Shown: in pieces, positions 34,339 through 40,118 of the stretch
How the letters are laid out: every line of letters starts with the position of its first letter
Numbering within the stretch: position 1 is the stretch's first letter
Assembly: GCA_032718475.1 (NCBI GenBank)
Contig: JAUCBJ010007975.1
Coordinates: 1-40,118 of the forward strand
From: Nemertoderma westbladi
Taxonomy: Eukaryota > Animalia > Xenacoelomorpha
Direction: 5' to 3'
DNA length: 40,118 nucleotides
Notes under the pieces: generated by a model
Told to the model about the DNA's origin: nothing
The model's input: the letters and a program-made list of their open reading frames with translations, nothing else
The model's database searches: none
Translations under genes and position numbers: made by a program

Positions 34339-34659
34339 AAATATATCTATCTATCTATGAACTAAAGAATTAATTACGAAAAGGCAATAGAAACACGAAT
34401 TGCACACAAAAAAAAGTGGTCAAATTTTATATTTCAAATCTCATTTGATATTATCAAGTTTTTGTATTAGTGTTTGTGAAATTGTACATAGATTGGGTTG
34501 CATGTATTGACTGTATTTTTCATTAAAAATATATAAAAATATAGTGAATAAGTATAATATTGTACCATAAACTATGCTTGTCGATTCATCCTGGGAATGA
34601 CAGAGAGAATCTGTAATATGAACCCCATCACAATTAGTACCAAACTGCCAAAACCAATT

Positions 34660-35192
34660 AGTGTAGGATAGAATACAGCAAGGCGGGTTATATTATAAGT
34701 GTAGGAATAGAATACAGCAAGGCGGGTTATATTATAAGTGTAGGATAGAATACAGCAAGGCGGGTTATATTATAAGTGTAGGATAGAATACAGCAAGGCG
34801 GGTTATATTATAAGTGTAGGATAGAATACTGCAGGGCGGGTTATATTATAAGTGTAGGATAGAATACAGCAAGGCGGGTTATATTATAAGTGTAGGATAG
34901 AATACAGCAAGGCAGGTTATATTATAAGTGTAGGATAGAATACAGCAAGGCGGGTTATATTATAAGTGTAGGATAGAATACAGCAAGGCGGGTTATATTA
35001 TAAGTGTAGGATAGAATACAGCAAGGCGGGTTATATTATAAGTGTAGGATAGAATACAGCAAGGCGGGATATATTATAAGTGTAGGATAGAATACAGCAA
35101 GGCAGGTTATATTATAAGTGTAGGATAGAATACAGCAAGGCGGGATATATTATAAGTGTAGGATAGAATACAGCAAGGCGGGTTATATTATA
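34660..35192. repeat. Minisatellite, 14 x 38 bp
   Basis: AGTGTAGGATAGAATACAGCAAGGCGGGTTATATTATA head-to-tail with few variants and no spacers. Confidence 0.97.
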
Positions 35193-35479
35193 AAATCGTT
35201 GTTGTTAGGGTAGTTACGAATGGAGAGCTTGATAATCATATTGTTTATTTATCATTGGTTGTTGATTTGTTGTGGATTGATTTAATTGAATTCCTAATGG
35301 AAATACATTGGATGGGTCTCATGTCTCCTACTACTACTATACTATAATATAATATACAACTAGACGGTTGTGTAGTTGTCATTATAACTGATACACTGGG
35401 GCGCCTAATTAATATTGTATAATGGAAAAGGGTCGGTCAATGGGTCGTTCTAAGGATTTTACTGGTCAAGTGGGTTTAA

Positions 35480-35762
35480 GGCCCATTTATACTCGGCTGT
35501 ATGACAGCTGTACGGTGCCGTATGACAGCCGTACAGTGGCCGTATGGTGGTAGGAAATTGTGATACTTGTCCGTGTCCGTACAGCAGACGTCAGGCGGCC
35601 GTACGGTATGTGTGGAATGCCTTACAGCAATAGACTGTACGGTAGTAAAACAACTGCAGATTCGGTACGGCACCGTACGGACACCAATGAGGCCTTATGT
35701 TGACTTTGCGGCCTCATTACGACATTGTCGTACGGCTATCGTACGGCCGAGTAAAATGGGCC
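35480..35762. mobile_element. MITE (PIF/Harbinger- or Kolobok-like)
   Basis: TIR GGCCCATTTATACTCGGC / GCCGAGTAAAATGGGCC flanked by TTAA on both sides; internal CCGTACGG motifs. Confidence 0.8.
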
Positions 35763-37607
35763 TTAATTATTATTATTTGGTAAAAATATTGATTTTCAAT
35801 TTTACAACGTTCCATAAATCGAGATAAATATGACAACAATATCATATAATACAATGATCTAAAATAATATTCAAATTCTAACTTTTGTAGTTTTGTACAG
35901 TTACATATTACCCAATCACTACATTAGTTGTAGATGCATCTTTTGTTTTTAAAAATGTTTTGCAATTTTAAAATAAATTTGTCTGCCATTAGGACGGGAT
36001 TAGTCACGAAGTTTTACTACTTATTTCCAGTGCGATTGTGGGATTCGAAAACACGACTTTTGGAAAGATGAGAATTCAAGGAAAATGATTTAACTACAAC
36101 ACCAAGGTGTAACACCTTTTTTGGAGAAGATAGGGGTTCTCATCTTTATTTTCATCGCAGATATCAACCAAGCAACAAGCCATCGTTTATTTAGTTATAC
36201 ATGAATTATAGTCCTTTATTGTTACCCAAGGAAAAGAAGCAAAGTAATTGTGTTCCACAGCTTCCCTTTTCACTATGGACAGAAACTAATTCTCAAATAC
36301 AAGTAAAATCTCATTTATAGAATCCTAATTAGTTGCAGCAGTTAGTGCTAAGAAAACCTATTGTCCATGAATAATTACTTTTCATCCAATTAGTAAGGTA
36401 CATACTCCTGGCTGTATCTACTACCTAAGATTACACTTCTCCACACTGCATGTTTCATTTTTCCAATTAATTGGCACGGTGGTTGAAACACTGATGCTAC
36501 CCCGAATCCGAGTATGTCCCGCTATATCCATTCCCTCTTCCTGTGTCCCAAAACAGCGGGGAAGGAGGTTTCAGTCAAATTAATAATAATCTCTGGTTTC
36601 GCAACGGAATAGGTTTTCGACTCATCCAAGGACGTCTTTAATGAATGACTGACGCTACTTATAGTCTCTCATTTAATAATTTTACGGCTTCCCAAAATTT
36701 GGCAAACCAAATTTTCTATAATTTGTTTAATATATAGGCCTACAAAGATAATATAGTAAAAAAGTCAGTATGAATCATTTTGTTAAATTTCATATTTAAA
36801 TAGGCGTAGTTGTGATTAGATTTGACATGCATAAGAATATTTTTTTGATTGTAGAGTAGAAGTCATCTAGGGTTCTTAAATTTATTTATTTTCCGGATTG
36901 TTCGAGATCAGCAGATTGTATGAGATTGAAGGATCACAGAATTCTCATTCAAAGGGTTCCCCGTCATTTGTGGGGCGAGCCACGAAGTTGACGGATCATT
37001 AGCGACCAGACAATATTAGGGGGTGCGTCAGTAATATGAAATAGTTGTCTGCGTTATACCATTTTTACATACTAATAACTTTGTGGGATTTACAGCTGAC
37101 GGGTTAAAAATGTCCAGACATGATTAAGACCAAAAGTAGAGGGCTACATATCTAAATATTAATTGCTCTTCATTTCTTGGCTTTTAATCCGTTCAAACTG
37201 AAACTTGACAGGTTTGTACGAGACCATTAGGTATGTCATTCAAAGGAGGCTCATCCGTCTACAGTTCTGTAGTATTGCGCTAGAGGGCGAAATGTCTCAA
37301 AGTGAAATCCTTCACCCTTTCCGATATTTATGATGCGTTTAAACTTAAACTTGTCAGATATGTGGTAGAGAACACATCCTGTGTCTTTGTGTTGTCGGTA
37401 ATCGGTCTGCAGTTCGTCAGTCTGCCGCAAGAGTGCGAAATGTATGCAAGTGATAACCTTCCCCATTTCATTGATCTTAATCTGATTAAGCTAAATCTCG
37501 GAATATATGTACCAGACAAAATGCTGTGTCTTTTTGAGGAAGGTGCAGTTATCCAGTCTGCCGCTGGAGGGCGAAATGTGTGAAAGAGAAAACCTTATCC
37601 AATTTCC

Positions 37608-37853
37608 AGATAGGGGGGAAACTGGATGCAATAAAAATTCACCCCTCTCCAGGGGAAATTCGACGCAAATAACAGCTGATTACTCTCAAAAATAAAACTG
37701 TACCCTGTTCTATTGTGTTTAGTTTATTGTTTTGATTAAACTAACGTGCCACTGTAACCTGCTCTTTTCCCTAAATTGAGAATTTATCATTGAGGCGGGA
37801 TATTAATTCGCCAAGGCGAATTTTGCGTCCAGTCCCCCCCCCCCCCCCCTGTC
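37608..37853. mobile_element. MITE with G/C-run TIRs; related pieces at 5951-6034 (inverted) and 6337-6487
   Basis: GATAGGGGGGAAACTGGATGCAA ... TTGCGTCCAGT(C)nTGTC. Confidence 0.65.
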
Positions 37854-38820
37854 TCCCAATTTCCGCAATTTAAATCAGTTCAAGCTTAAGCAATTTCAGC
37901 ATACATTATATGTACTATAAAATTCCATCTACACTTCTAAAGTTAGTCGAGGCTAGAGGTCGAAATATCTGAAAGTGAAATTCATTTCTTTCATTTTGTT
38001 ATTTGTTAACAATTTATGCTGACACTTGGCAGATGTACATGCTAGACTGTAGACCATCAACAGGCAACGACTTTGTTGGGACAGTAAGACATCGGCAGTT
38101 CTTCAGTCTACCGCTAGTGGGCTGTAATTAAAACAATTTAGAAATATCTGAAATGAATTCCTTTTGCATTATTGTTTATAATCCCTTTTTTCCTGATTGA
38201 TACCTGCCACAAATATTCTAGACCTCAGACTTAGTTTTTGTTAGGTCTTAAATCGACTGCACTTATCCAGTGTGCCTCTAAGTGGCAAAGTGATTAGGGG
38301 ACATCTGCTTATATTTTGCTTGTAATTCTTTCGAGTTGACAAATAACAATAACTTTATATCACGTGCTGCGGGAAAGGTCTGACTCCCACATCGTGTTGT
38401 CAATGTAGATTGTAATTGCCCCAGAAGGATTGTTTGACGCTCTTGCGATTTGGAATCAGGTTGAATTATAATGAACTCCAGGATCCAGACAAAAAATTCT
38501 ACTTGCAGTTTCTCAAAAACTCGTTGGAAATGGAAACCCAATCTAGTGACACTCGGAAGACTCAAATAACAGAAAGGAAAAAAGTTGGAAGTGGAACGAT
38601 GAATAACAAGCTCTCTTATATCGATTATTTATCTCAAATGATAAGAGTTTGATTGGTATTCCACTGGTACAGACAGCTGCAGTTTCTCTGTTGTTTGCCT
38701 GGCTTGAGTCTGGCACTAATGGGTGTCCAGTTTCTCCCAGGTCTCTTTGCAAGAGTGGCTTGATAGAGCCAATTAGTTAACTTCCATGCGAGATTGTTTA
38801 AATTATTAAGTAATTAAACA

Positions 38821-38933
38821 GGACTTAGGATGATCCAACTCTATAGCAAATTAAGAGGAAAAACTGAATCCGGCACCAGTGGGGAGCGAACCCGCGTCTC
38901 CCGATAAACGTTCAGGTATGCTGACCACTACAC
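38821..38933 (-). mobile_element. tRNA-derived SINE (5' end slightly truncated)
   Basis: Reverse complement of 39229-39340; A-box and B-box (GGTTCGCTCCC). Confidence 0.75.
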
Positions 38934-39219
38934 AAGTACACTTGCAGTACAGGTCATAACTTGGACCCCCTTGGAAATAAGCTGCAAAGCTTTAGGGGTA
39001 ATCCTATATGTTATGTTGGACAATACCTTTATACCGGTACATTGTTTGGTGTATTTGTTATTGTTTTTACATAATGTCTAAATAAATCTATCTATCTATC
39101 TAACTGCTACTGTATTAGGTAGGATACAGATTAAATCCATCCGTAAGGGTGGACTGTATTCAATAGCAACCGTAAGTTAGCTTACCCAACTATAGCAAAT
39201 CAATCAGAAAGTTGCAGGA

Positions 39220-39385
39220 GCCTCCATGGTGTAGTGGTTAGCATACCTATAAGTTTATCTGGAGACGCGGGTTCGATCCCCTCTGGTGGCGAATTCATTT
39301 TTTCCGCTTCATTTGCTACCAGTTGGATCATCCTTAGTCCATAATCGCATAATTATATTATTATTATTATTATTTATTAAATTAT
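39220..39385 (+). mobile_element. tRNA-derived SINE with (TTA)n tail
   Basis: TGGTGTAGTGGTTAGC A-box, GGTTCGATCCC B-box, shared body with the 38821 copy. Confidence 0.75.
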
Positions 39386-39638
39386 TACTTGATCAGATTG
39401 ATATTATGTTACCGCTGTAGTAGTATTAAGTAGTAGTAGTTTAGTAGTAGGTATTATAGGTTTACCAGTGTTTGTGGTGAAAGAAATATTGAATGTGTGC
39501 TGTACTAGTTAGACAACTAAATCAATAAGCTCCCTACAACTTTATTTTATTTTCATTAAAATATATTACAAATGGTACATTATGACAGTTAATGGCATTA
39601 TTTTTGTGTAAATATGTTCACTGTTCAGATCATAATAT

Positions 39639-40118
39639 ATAAATGCTGCCAAGACCGAATTCATGACCTTTAATGTTGATGGAAACTTGACAACCATTGA
39701 CAATATCAACTAAGGAAGGTCGATGACTTCCAGTACCTTGGATCATGGATAGAGAGTAGCAAAAAGGACATAGAAGTTAGGAAAGCAAAGGCTTGGGTAG
39801 CTCTATCAAAAATGGATACCATCTGGAAATCAGATCTCTCCAGGCACCTGAAGACTAAGTTCTTTCGAGCCACAGTGGAAAGTGTATTTTTATACAGGGG
39901 TGAGACCTGGACACTGACTAAATCACTTGAACAACGAATTGATGGTTGCTACACAAGACTACTAAGGGCAGCCCTAAACATCAGCTGGAGACAACACATG
40001 ACAAACGCCGAGCTTTATGGTACAATACCACCTGTATCAACCATCCTCCGTGAACGCAGATTAAGATTCAGTGGGCACTGCTGGCGAAGTAAAGACGAGG
40101 TCATACCAGATCGACTTT
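39639..40118 (+). mobile_element. 5'-truncated RTE-clade LINE fragment running off the window end
   Basis: INAAKTEFM / KVDDFQYLGSWI..DIEVRKAKAW..FFRATVESVFLY.GETWTLT..RRLRFSGHCWR; paralogous to the 2372-3785 element. Confidence 0.9.

Noticed and set aside
34660-35192. CRISPR array
   Set aside because: Units are contiguous with no unique spacers; eukaryotic context with no cas genes.
39220-39292. Functional tRNA genes (also at 6560 and 38870)
   Set aside because: A/B boxes are present but acceptor and anticodon stems are imperfect, and a shared non-tRNA body and tail follow, indicating SINEs.

Overview
AT-rich, repeat-dense eukaryotic (most likely invertebrate animal) genomic DNA. It is dominated by a young, unusually large (17.5 kb) BEL/Pao LTR retrotransposon (12933-30457; TGT...ACA LTRs ~99.5% identical). 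The element has a single-frame gag-pol broken by two in-frame TAA stops and a 2.3-kb highly structured leader. Between integrase and the 3' LTR lies a 4.7-kb accessory region encoding a 591-aa non-Env protein with three CCHC knuckles and a basic tail. The leader and the accessory region each contain a tandemly duplicated RNA structure whose pairing is preserved by compensatory or G-U-tolerated changes. Together these suggest a Rev/RRE-like or IRES-like regulatory system in a BEL element; this is a hypothesis. The rest of the window holds a third, diverged LTR of the same family (1-860), a 15-finger C2H2 zinc-finger gene with a minisatellite-like array, nested non-autonomous DNA transposons (Tc1/mariner-like > Merlin-like > hAT > SINE), RTE and CR1-type LINE fragments, tRNA-derived SINEs, MITEs and a 38-bp minisatellite. 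All calls were made by eye; no database searches or folding programs were run.
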